Virus record (IMG/VR): IMGVR_UViG_3300021420_000019
Coordinates: 37,524-101,523 of that record
DNA: 64,000 nt
Origin: a virus
Strand: one strand, 5' to 3'
A program made the position numbers and the translations under genes. Under the pieces are notes generated by a model. It ran no database searches and was not told where the DNA came from. It was given only the letters and a program-made list of their open reading frames with translations. Shown piece after piece: positions 17,895 to 25,457 of this stretch; position 1 is the first letter of the stretch; every line of letters starts with the position of its first letter.

Positions 17895-17969
17895 GGACGA
17901 TTAGTTTAATCGGTAGAACTGCTGTCTTGTAAACAGCGGGAAATGGTTCGAGACCATTATCGTCCTCCA
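17895..17969 (+). tRNA. tRNA-Thr(UGU)
   Basis: gctgt ctTGTaa acagc; CCA. Confidence 0.9.
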
Positions 17970-18041
17970 AGTTTTGTCTCTCGGTCATTATGGCCAAGCC
18001 GAGAAAATCTCTGTGGCGCAGAGTAAAGACAAAAAGTTTAA

Positions 18042-18116
18042 GCAGGGCTAGTATAATCGGTAGTACGCGCCCCTCGTAAGGTCGTAATGCGTGTTCGAGT
18101 CACGCGCCCTGCTCCA
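18042..18116 (+). tRNA. tRNA-Thr(CGU)
   Basis: ctCGTaa; CCA. Confidence 0.88.
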
Positions 18117-18177
18117 AGTTAAGCGGTGCCTCACTCTGATGTCCAGGTTAAATGTTCAGACAGCCGCTCTTGATTTT

Positions 18178-18251
18178 GCTGGCATAGCTCAATGGAAGAG
18201 CTTCCGCTTGGTAAGCGGAGGACTTGAGTCCGATTCTCAATGCTAGCTCCA
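18178..18251 (+). tRNA. tRNA-Thr(GGU)
   Basis: tccgc ttGGTaa gcgga; CCA. Confidence 0.9.
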
Positions 18252-18258
18252 ATTTTAC

Positions 18259-18336
18259 GGCCTGTTGGTCCAGCCTGGAGTGGACGCGTCCTTGTCACGG
18301 ACGAGATCGTGGGTCCGAATCCCACACGGGTCGCCA
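18259..18336 (+). tRNA. tRNA-Asp(GUC)
   Basis: cgtcc ttGTCac ggacg; GCCA. Confidence 0.9.
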
Positions 18337-18341
18337 TTTAC

Positions 18342-18415
18342 GGCCCTGTCGATTAGTGTCAGGTCATTCGCTTCTCAAGCGAACAGCAGCGGTTAGATTC
18401 CGCTCAGGGCCACCA
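18342..18415 (+). tRNA. tRNA-Glu(CUC)
   Basis: ttcgc ttCTCaa gcgaa; CCA. Confidence 0.88.
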
Positions 18416-18420
18416 AGTTT

Positions 18421-18497
18421 GAGGACATGGTCCAATCGGTAGCGATGCTGGCCTTTCAAGCCATGCGGTGCGGGTTCGAGTCCCGCTGTCCTTACCA
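18421..18497 (+). tRNA. tRNA-Glu(UUC)
   Basis: tggc ctTTCaa gcca; CCA. Confidence 0.88.
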
Positions 18498-18509
18498 AAT
18501 CGAGGAACT

Positions 18510-18770
18510 ATGAGCTGGGTGATGGTTAACGACTTCACCGTCGTGGAAAGAAAAGAAGACGGCACGGTAACACAGCAGGTGTTCACCTCGCACGCCCAGG
18601 CCCGTCAGTTCATGGAGAAGTACGCGGGACAAAAACCTATGAGGCCGCACAAGCCCACGATGCCTAGTCACGCTCGCGCTAGGTCCGGTAGTTCAAAGCC
18701 TATCATCCCGCAGACAGCGGAACAGATAGCGCTGAGAGAAGCGGCGCTGAAACAGTTTAACGGTTTGTAA
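18510..18770 (+). CDS. Hypothetical protein within the tRNA array
   Basis: GAGGA RBS, ATG 18510 (MSWVMVNDF...). Confidence 0.65.
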   Translation: MSWVMVNDFTVVERKEDGTVTQQVFTSHAQARQFMEKYAGQKPMRPHKPTMPSHARARSGSSKPIIPQTAEQIALREAALKQFNGL

Positions 18771-18777
18771 GTTTAAT

Positions 18778-18864
18778 CCGCTGGTGATGGAATTACCAGA
18801 CATGCGAATCTTAGAAATTCGTGCCCTATGTGGCGTGGGAGTGGAAGCCTCCCCCGGCGGACCA
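18778..18864 (+). tRNA. tRNA-Leu(UAG)
   Basis: cgaat ctTAGaa attcg; class II; CCA. Confidence 0.88.
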
Positions 18865-18899
18865 ATTTAAATCTTATCAACGACCGGGAGGTCAACGAT

Positions 18900-19337
18900 A
18901 TGAAACTGAAAGACGAATCTAAGTCAGAGCGTCGCGCTAATCAATTAGGAATGTCTTACGGTACAGCATCCGGTAGACTTCGTAAGATGATACTATTTGA
19001 TGTATTGAGAAAGCACAGCGAGAATAAATGTTTTAAGTGCGGCGAATTGATAGAGTCCGAAAAAGACTTAAGCATCGAGCATAAACAGCCCTGGGAAAAT
19101 AAAAATCCCGATCTGTTTTGGGATTTAAATAACATCGCTTTTTCTCACATGTGCTGCAACATACCGCATGTTTATAAGGGCAGCGGAGCGTCACTTAGAA
19201 AGATCGGTCCGGAAGGAACTTCGTGGTGCTGGCAGCATAAAGAATTTTTACCAATTGGAGAATTTTATACGGATTCTTCAAATTGGAACGGTCTACACAG
19301 CAGATGTAAATCTTGTCATAAGTCTAGACCTAGATAG
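18900..19337 (+). CDS. HNH homing-endonuclease-like protein
   Basis: GGAGG RBS, ATG 18900; CFKCG...SIEHKQPW...NIAFSHMCCN; paralog of the 15387 ORF. Confidence 0.85.
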   Translation: MKLKDESKSERRANQLGMSYGTASGRLRKMILFDVLRKHSENKCFKCGELIESEKDLSIEHKQPWENKNPDLFWDLNNIAFSHMCCNIPHVYKGSGASLRKIGPEGTSWCWQHKEFLPIGEFYTDSSNWNGLHSRCKSCHKSRPR

Positions 19338-19344
19338 TTTCTAC

Positions 19345-19419
19345 TGCCCGTTATAGTTCTGTTGAACTTCGAGGTCTCATAAGCCTTGCAGGTTGGTTAG
19401 ATTCCAACACGGGCTACCA
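19345..19419 (+). tRNA. tRNA(CAU), Met/fMet/Ile2 undetermined
   Basis: ctCATaa; U1-U72 mismatch; atypical D arm; CCA. Confidence 0.7.
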
Positions 19420-19425
19420 CTTTAA

Positions 19426-19499
19426 GCGTCTGTGATGTAACGGTAGCATATTTGACTGCCAGTCAAATCGTCTCGATTCGAATTCGAGTAGACGCCCCA
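19426..19499 (+). tRNA. tRNA-Gly(GCC)
   Basis: tttga ctGCCag tcaaa; CCA. Confidence 0.88.
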
Positions 19500-19596
19500 C
19501 ATTGATGTTCGCCTGTCCGTGGCGCGAGTAATTACCGCAGCCGCCCAGGCCGGAGCCCGATCCCGAGAGTGTAAAACGTCATAGTCGGAAAAATTT

Positions 19597-19713
19597 ATGA
19601 GTGAACAAAAACAGTGTTTAGAGTGCAAAGTTCCGATACACGAGGGTCCATTCGGCCCGTACATAGTGTATCTAAACGAAGACGGAACTCCACATATTTG
19701 CGATAAGAAATAG
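19597..19713 (+). CDS. Micro-protein (38 aa, MSEQKQCLEC...HIC)
   Basis: CxxC...HxC, possible Zn ligands. Confidence 0.45.
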   Translation: MSEQKQCLECKVPIHEGPFGPYIVYLNEDGTPHICDKK

Positions 19714-19717
19714 TTTT

Positions 19718-19791
19718 GCAAGCATGGTATATAGATTGTGCCCCGGCCTTCCAAGTCGGAGAATCGAGTTTGAGTCTCGATGCTTGCTCCA
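19718..19791 (+). tRNA. tRNA-Gly(UCC)
   Basis: ccggc ctTCCaa gtcgg; CCA. Confidence 0.88.
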
Positions 19792-19798
19792 AGTTTAT

Positions 19799-19873
19799 AT
19801 GAGAGTCGTCCAGCGGCCAGGACTGCGGTCTCCAAAACCGCGTACGGTGGTTCGAGTCCATCCTCTCATGCCA
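19799..19873 (+). tRNA. tRNA-Trp(CCA)
   Basis: gcggt ctCCAaa accgc; GCCA. Confidence 0.9.
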
Positions 19874-19878
19874 ATTTT

Positions 19879-19955
19879 GTCTCTATAGCTTAACGGATAA
19901 AGCGCCGAGCTTCTACCTCGGGACCACGCGGGTTCAATTCCTGCTAGAGACTCCA
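19879..19955 (+). tRNA. tRNA-Arg(UCU)
   Basis: ccgag ctTCTac ctcgg; CCA. Confidence 0.9.
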
Positions 19956-20031
19956 ATTTTCGTGGCCGCCCTAACGGGTATAAAACTATCGGGACGATAT
20001 AGACGGCGAAAATTCCCGAGCGGAAGATTAC

Positions 20032-20107
20032 GGACGCGTAGCACAGCGGACAATGCGGCTCTCCCCTAAAGAGTCAGGCCCAGGTTCAACTCCTGGCGCG
20101 TCCCCCA
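20032..20107 (+). tRNA. tRNA-Arg(CCU)
   Basis: gctct ccCCTaa agagt; CCA. Confidence 0.88.
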
Positions 20108-20351
20108 GTTCTACCGAGGTCTCATGTGGACCGCAGTCGTTGATGGCTACATCATAACACAAAGAATGTCCGATGACGACGTGTGGTTCAGATGTAACTT
20201 GTTCGGAAGGGAGCCGTTGATAGACGCACTTGAGAGGTTCCTGAAAGATACCGAAGACAATGGACACAAAGACTAAGAACGGGCTCCTGCGGCTCTCGAT
20301 ACTGTGGGGCCCGATAGCGATCTTGGTTATCTCGATTTTGACGAATTAGTT

Positions 20352-20641
20352 TGGCAGTCTAGACAATCGCGGGGAACCGAGGAAAGTCAGGACACAACTA
20401 AGTACAGTGCCGTGGGAGATGCGGGCCGGGCAACCGGACGGGTAAGCCTCCGTATCGCATTGCGAGTTAACACTCTCGTTGCGTTCATTGGAGCGGAGAC
20501 AGTCCACACTGGTGCAATCGAAAATAGGACCTGAGCGTTTACTTAGCGTGTTGAGGGTCGGGTTTCGAGCAAAGAGGAATGATTGTCGCCGCGACTTGTG
20601 TAGTATCGTTCGCGGAACAAAATCCTGCTTATTGACTGCCA
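20352..20641 (+). ncRNA. rnpB: RNase P RNA (compact, ~290 nt)
   Basis: P1 tggcagtc/gactgcca; P2 gacaatc/gattgtc; CR-I GAGGAAAGTCAGGAC; CR-V AACAAAATCCTGCTTAT with a compensatory P4 change. Confidence 0.92.
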
Positions 20642-20655
20642 CACTTTAGGATCAT

Positions 20656-20868
20656 ATGCCGCAATCAGTTGACGAAATTCTAGCAGGCGCAAAGGAAACA
20701 TTGGCGAACGCCAACAAGGCCTTCCCGAGTTCTTCTCCAGCGCCCCCGCAACCGCAGAAGCCCTCTTACACTGCGGCGCACGCAGCGAGAAAGGCCGTCC
20801 CGAGTATGGGCGATGAGCTAGCGGCTAAGGGCACGATGGTCGATAAAGCGAAACAGGCGTTGAAGTAA
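20656..20868 (+). CDS. Small hypothetical protein
   Basis: AGGA RBS; 70 aa. Confidence 0.7.
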   Translation: MPQSVDEILAGAKETLANANKAFPSSSPAPPQPQKPSYTAAHAARKAVPSMGDELAAKGTMVDKAKQALK

Positions 20869-20872
20869 TTAC

Positions 20873-20958
20873 GGAGCGGTGCCGAAACGGTAGCCGGATA
20901 TGTTTGCTAAACATACGTCCGAAAGGACGTGGGAGTTCGAGTCTCTCCCGCTCCGCCA
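20873..20958 (+). tRNA. tRNA-Ser(GCU)
   Basis: tatgt ttGCTaa acata; long V-arm; GCCA. Confidence 0.9.
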
Positions 20959-21094
20959 GATTGAATACTTGTCCGAAAGGGCATAGGGAACCTTAAACGG
21001 TAAAGACGCGAGAATATCTAAAAGCTATTCGAAGCGGACCTTGCAGTCGAAAGACGAAACTGAGAATCTTAGCAAGGGGTTCCCGAGCATTTAT

Positions 21095-21180
21095 GGAAAG
21101 CAGTCGGCAATGGTGCCTCACAGTCTTGAAAACTGTACCACCCGCAAGGGTGACGGAGTTCGATTCTCCGGCTTTCCTCC
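21095..21180 (+). tRNA. tRNA-Ser(UGA)
   Basis: acagt ctTGAaa actgt; long V-arm. Confidence 0.88.
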
Positions 21181-21254
21181 GTCCGAGTCGGCAAATGATA
21201 AGCTAGTCGTCCGCAAAACGACAATCGCTGGTTTGATTCCAGCCTCGGACTCCA
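21181..21254 (+). tRNA. tRNA-Cys(GCA)
   Basis: gtcgt ccGCAaa acgac; U73; CCA. Confidence 0.85.
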
Positions 21255-21263
21255 AATTTCTAT

Positions 21264-21337
21264 TCCCTTGTCGGCTAAAGGCAGGCCACGAGTCTTTGAA
21301 ACTCGTTACGGACGTTCGACCCGTCCCGAGGGAACCA
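21264..21337 (+). tRNA. tRNA-Gln(UUG)
   Basis: cgagt ctTTGaa actcg; CCA. Confidence 0.9.
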
Positions 21338-21344
21338 TTTCTAC

Positions 21345-21419
21345 TCCCGTGTCGGCTAACTGGAAGGCCAGCGCCCTCTGAAGGCGTTAATTTTCGTTCG
21401 AATCGAAACGTGGGAACCA
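21345..21419 (+). tRNA. tRNA-Gln(CUG)
   Basis: gcgcc ctCTGaa ggcgt; CCA. Confidence 0.88.
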
Positions 21420-21423
21420 TTTC

Positions 21424-21849
21424 ATGAAGAAACTGTTACTCGCTCTCGTGTTAATTTTGGCTCTCGCGACACCAGCGCAGCCGAGGCACCACGCGAGCCA
21501 AGGTATCATCATCGAGATTCACGCGAGCACCACGTACGAGACCGGCAGGTTGAAGCGGTTATCAGATAAGCTCAACTTCGACGGACAGCATATGGTCCCT
21601 TGGTGGAGAATCGTAGTTCTGAACAAAGCCGATTGGACAGATGCTCTCATTAAGTATAACCTCGAAGGGCAAACTGATAGCGCGTTCACCGTCCTAGGTC
21701 AGAACGTGACATTCGTGAACGAAGACTATATCGGCTTTGCCGATGACGCTAGGTTAGAACACACGCTAGCCCACGAAAGTGCTCATTTGATTTGTTCATG
21801 CACTAGTGAAGATACCGCGAATAAGATCGCGAAGATTCTAGAGAAGTAA
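21424..21849 (+). CDS. Exported zinc-metallopeptidase-like protein
   Basis: Signal peptide; HTLAHESAH. Confidence 0.65.
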   Translation: MKKLLLALVLILALATPAQPRHHASQGIIIEIHASTTYETGRLKRLSDKLNFDGQHMVPWWRIVVLNKADWTDALIKYNLEGQTDSAFTVLGQNVTFVNEDYIGFADDARLEHTLAHESAHLICSCTSEDTANKIAKILEK

Positions 21850-21926
21850 GCCGAGCAGAGGCTCCGAATTCGGAACGGTACGTTCTCGTTAGATGCTCTG
21901 TAAAGGATACGAGATCAGGTACTACA

Positions 21927-22682
21927 GTGAGAAAGTTTCTCGCATTGGCTCTATCGTTGGTCCTACTTATCTCCGGATCAGCCGTACTCATTACGGGCGC
22001 ACCAAGATCGTTTGAACCCCAGGCTCGCGCAGCCACGGGCGCTATCTTCGTTGATGCTGACCGTAGATTCGAATGTTCCGGAACTGAAATAGCTCACACG
22101 AAAGACGGTGACGGAATATTTTTGACGGCTCGTCATTGCGTTGCTTCTGTCGAAACAAACAAGATCACTCGGCGCATGCAACTGTCCTTTTCAGACAACA
22201 TGGGCGGACCTTACTACGATGCCGTACCGATTGCGATTTCAACCAGTGATGATCTAGCTCTTCTGCTTGTTAGAAATGGTGCGAGCATTCCAGAGGTGAA
22301 GATCAAGGACGAGCGTAGGCTACGCGGCGGTGATCCGATCTTTAACGTTAGCTACCCTCTCGGAGCAGGTAAGTTAATTTTTCATGGGGAATATTTAGCT
22401 CCCAGGTTCCCGATGTTTCCTGGCATACTTGCGGATTACCCCATGTGGCAGTTCGCGATGCCAGCAAATATTACGTGGGCTCACGGGTCCAGTGGTAGTG
22501 GGGTCTTCAGTAGCGGGCAGCGTGCTTTGATCGCGGTCTGTGTCGGAACGTTTTCTGAGGGCAGTTTCAACGTGGCAATCCCCGCAGATAGAGTACTTGA
22601 CTTTCTTGCGGATTTATCGGATAATACAGTTGAACGGTTTGCTTTGCAAAACCCTGAGAAGGAAGAAGTAGAAGTCTTTTAA
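21927..22682 (+). CDS. Exported trypsin-like serine protease
   Basis: Signal/TM segment; LTARHC, DDLALL, HGSSGSG catalytic motifs. Confidence 0.9.
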   Translation: MRKFLALALSLVLLISGSAVLITGAPRSFEPQARAATGAIFVDADRRFECSGTEIAHTKDGDGIFLTARHCVASVETNKITRRMQLSFSDNMGGPYYDAVPIAISTSDDLALLLVRNGASIPEVKIKDERRLRGGDPIFNVSYPLGAGKLIFHGEYLAPRFPMFPGILADYPMWQFAMPANITWAHGSSGSGVFSSGQRALIAVCVGTFSEGSFNVAIPADRVLDFLADLSDNTVERFALQNPEKEEVEVF

Positions 22683-22718
22683 TTTAATCAGATACGTTCC
22701 GCATAATTAACGGAACCA

Positions 22719-22771
22719 GGCTTGGGAGAGCCCCTACTCTCCCAGGCCGACTCTTAAGGGAGAGACAAATG
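22719..22771 (+). promoter_or_regulatory. Kissing-loop element, copy 4 (one mismatch)
   Basis: ggcttgggagag[ccccta]ctctcccaggcc ga ctct[taaggg]agag acaa ATG. Confidence 0.6.
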
Positions 22772-23419
22772 AAAGGACATCTTTACAGATATCCGCATCC
22801 GTATAGTTCAGATAAGTTTATTTACGCCGGGCAGGGCGAGAAACGCGATAATGAGCATCGCGGTGGCCGAACTAGTTTCGGTCGTAGATTCGAGAAACTA
22901 TTTCCCGGCATTGAATTGCCGAATCCGGTAAGAGAGACGATTGAAGTCCGAGATTATTTAGAGCTAAATGAACTAGAAATAATCTGGATGTTTCAATATC
23001 ATACTTGGCGTGGATATCCTGGCGGAATGAATTTAACTTTACCCGGGTCAATCGATTATAGGAGTATGGGTTTAATCGGCGGACGTGTTCAGGGCCCTAA
23101 GAACGTAGAATCGGGGGCGCTAGCAAAAATCCAAAGTGCAGGCGGGCGTGTTAGCGGTCGAATGAATTCTGAGTCCGGACGTATTCAAGAACTCGGTCAC
23201 ACGCAGGGTCGTAAGAATGTTGAAAGCGGGCAACTTGCCAGTATACAAAGTATGGCCGGTCGTGCCGGTGGGCGCATAGCTTTAGAAAGCGGACAATTTT
23301 CTGGAATCAGAAGCAGAGGTAATCATAGTCGTTGGCACATAGCCCGTGGTATTTCTAGACCGAGTGTTTGTTCGTTGTGTGCAGAAACAGAAAATTTAAC
23401 GAGAACTAGCTTAACGTAG
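22769..23419 (+). CDS. GIY-YIG-like homing endonuclease with Gly/Arg-rich repeats
   Basis: GHLYRY...FIYAGQG..R..EH, conserved E, GGMN; paralog of the 54573 ORF; 3' end overlaps tRNA-Pro. Confidence 0.7.
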   Translation: MKGHLYRYPHPYSSDKFIYAGQGEKRDNEHRGGRTSFGRRFEKLFPGIELPNPVRETIEVRDYLELNELEIIWMFQYHTWRGYPGGMNLTLPGSIDYRSMGLIGGRVQGPKNVESGALAKIQSAGGRVSGRMNSESGRIQELGHTQGRKNVESGQLASIQSMAGRAGGRIALESGQFSGIRSRGNHSRWHIARGISRPSVCSLCAETENLTRTSLT

Positions 23420-23473
23420 AGCACGTGCTTTGGAAGCACGGGGGTGAAGTTTCGAGCACTTCGTTCTCGACCA
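23400..23473 (+). tRNA. tRNA-Pro(UGG)
   Basis: cgtgc ttTGGaa gcacg; ACCA. Confidence 0.85.
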
Positions 23474-23481
23474 GTTTAAAA

Positions 23482-23555
23482 CGGAAATTCTGATAATGGT
23501 AGTCTCTACGTTTCGGATACGTAGGGCGGACGTTCGATTCGTCCATTTCCGACCA
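23482..23555 (+). tRNA. tRNA-Pro(CGG)
   Basis: tacgt ttCGGat acgta; ACCA. Confidence 0.85.
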
Positions 23556-23564
23556 CATTAAAGT

Positions 23565-23595
23565 GAGCTTCCAGAAATGGGGGCTCTTGTATTTC
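23565..23595 (+). terminator. Probable intrinsic terminator ending the tRNA region
   Basis: gagcttcca gaaa tgggggctc followed by ttgtattt. Confidence 0.5.
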
Positions 23596-23605
23596 TAGGA
23601 GTGTC

Positions 23606-25138
23606 ATGGCTACAGTAACTCAGCAGTTAGGCAGAGCAGCGGCGTATGATCTATTGGCGGCAGCGGGCATTACGAACACAGGTTCAAGTATTATTGCCGG
23701 GGGAAACGTAGGAAGCTTTCCCACAGCAACCTACACTCTTGATGGAATGATCTTTATTCCTCCCGCAGCATTAGATTCAGCAGACGCTCAGAACGCCCAG
23801 ATCGACAACAATGCCGCCTTCCTCTTCTTCCAAGCTCTGCCTCAGACAATGGCCCTCTCAACAGCCGACATCGGCGCGACCGGCATTCAACACAGCCCCG
23901 GTGCCCCCAATGGCACCTACTATCCTGGCGTATATGTTTCCCCAAGTTCAATTGCAATTTCTACTCCAGTCACTCTAGATGCGCAGGGCAATCCTAACGC
24001 GGTGTTCGTATTTTATTCTACGGGTTCAACTATCACTCAGGCTATAGCTGGCACAATTAACTTGGTCAACGGAGCAAAGGCCGCTAACGTAGTGTGGCTC
24101 GTGGGTAGCTCTTGGACTAGTATCGGCCCCGGCGCTTTGACACAGGGCAACATTATTGCGGCCACCTCTATCACTTTAGGTGGGGGAGTACTCAATGGTA
24201 GGGCACTCGCGGGAGCGGTAAACTCCAGCGGAGCGATCACGATAGCTGCGGCAGAAAGTATCACTGCTCCGGCCAGCGTCGGTACTCCAACTACAGCGGG
24301 CGGTCAAGCTCAAGCTTTGATCGCTACACAACCTGGGGTTTCGGTTCCCACGGCTTATCCTCAAGTTACAGGCCAAGGAATTATTCCTCCTCAAGATTTG
24401 GATATGCTTCAGATCATCGGAGAGGGCGGAGATATTTTAGTATCTGTAGATTATCTTGGAACAGTTCATAACGTTACAACTAGCCAGTCATCTACGTCTC
24501 CATTGACCTCAGTTGCGATCTCTTCGTTCCCAATTACCTCTGTCACATCAGCGGGAGTATACACCGGAACATTTCCTGCGGGCACGAATACAGTAGCCGG
24601 TCAGACTGCGGTCATCTCTGGCTTCACGAACGGCGGCAATAATGGAACGTTCACGATCACCGCATCTACAGCGACAACTATCACCGTGACCCCGAACACG
24701 CAAGTTAACGAGAGCGCTTCGGCTCAAGCGTTAATTACGGGCTTTAGTCAAAGTACCTATAACGGAACTATCACAAACGGCGCGGCCAGCGGGCTCGCCG
24801 GACGCTTTGTTTCGGTCACTGGCTTCACGAACTCGGGTAACAACATCTCTAACACCTTGGTTATCTCAAGCACCGCGACAACTATCGTGACATCTTACAC
24901 CGCGCAGGTCGCTGAGACACACGCGGCTACCGCCACTGTGTCTGCGTCGTTCACGCCGTCTAACGGCTGCCGATTGGGCCAGTATTTCACGAGGCTCCTA
25001 CCCGGTGCAACTATCGCTCAGTTATTTACCGACGCTTTTGCTAACCCCAGTCTCTTGGACATCGTCCATGTGTATGTACCGAATAGTGGGGCCATCGTCT
25101 ACATTTTGGATCACAACGGCGTGGCTAGTGGCAGCTAA
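23606..25138 (+). CDS. Putative virion protein with DUF3494 ice-binding-like domain
   Basis: LLAAAGITNTG...PGVY...VTLDAQGNPNAVFVF...LVNGAKAANVVWLVGSS...GNIIA...LNGRALA. Confidence 0.85.
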   Translation: MATVTQQLGRAAAYDLLAAAGITNTGSSIIAGGNVGSFPTATYTLDGMIFIPPAALDSADAQNAQIDNNAAFLFFQALPQTMALSTADIGATGIQHSPGAPNGTYYPGVYVSPSSIAISTPVTLDAQGNPNAVFVFYSTGSTITQAIAGTINLVNGAKAANVVWLVGSSWTSIGPGALTQGNIIAATSITLGGGVLNGRALAGAVNSSGAITIAAAESITAPASVGTPTTAGGQAQALIATQPGVSVPTAYPQVTGQGIIPPQDLDMLQIIGEGGDILVSVDYLGTVHNVTTSQSSTSPLTSVAISSFPITSVTSAGVYTGTFPAGTNTVAGQTAVISGFTNGGNNGTFTITASTATTITVTPNTQVNESASAQALITGFSQSTYNGTITNGAASGLAGRFVSVTGFTNSGNNISNTLVISSTATTIVTSYTAQVAETHAATATVSASFTPSNGCRLGQYFTRLLPGATIAQLFTDAFANPSLLDIVHVYVPNSGAIVYILDHNGVASGS

Positions 25139-25173
25139 AGTTTTGTTTTAAAATCTACCAATAAGGAAATACA

Positions 25174-25341
25174 ATGACAATCGAAATTTTGCTAGCAAGG
25201 AAACAGGAACTACAAAATCAATTAAGCCAACTGATTGCGAATTCAAACGCGATCAACGGCGCGATTCAGAACTGCGACTGGGCAATCGAGCAGTTGAAAG
25301 CACCAGCCGCTCCCGCTACAACAGAACCAGCAGCTTCGTAA
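25174..25341 (+). CDS. Small coiled-coil protein (55 aa; not in the track)
   Basis: AAGGA RBS; MTIEILLARKQELQNQLSQL. Confidence 0.6.
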   Translation: MTIEILLARKQELQNQLSQLIANSNAINGAIQNCDWAIEQLKAPAAPATTEPAAS

Positions 25342-25457
25342 GTAACGACTGAGGTACACCATGTGGACTAGAACATGCCCGTGGTGTAAACGTCTCTTGG
25401 AGAAAGTAAATCCGTGGGATGTTGTGAGATGTGTTTGCGGATTTATTTGGAGATAGC

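Noticed and set aside
21039-21078. Hammerhead-like gtc gaaa gac GAAA ctgag..cttag
   Set aside because: It lacks the CUGANGA box and the NUH cleavage triplet
16158-21427. Many 60-140-aa ORFs across the tRNA array
   Set aside because: They overlap tRNA or RNase P genes, lack an RBS and are best explained as spurious
15219-23555. Suppressor tRNAs, stop-codon recoding, tmRNA or theta/HDV-like ribozymes
   Set aside because: No CUA, UUA or UCA anticodon; genes end normally in the standard code; I could not find tmRNA ends or an HDV-type core by eye (cmscan would be needed to exclude them fully)
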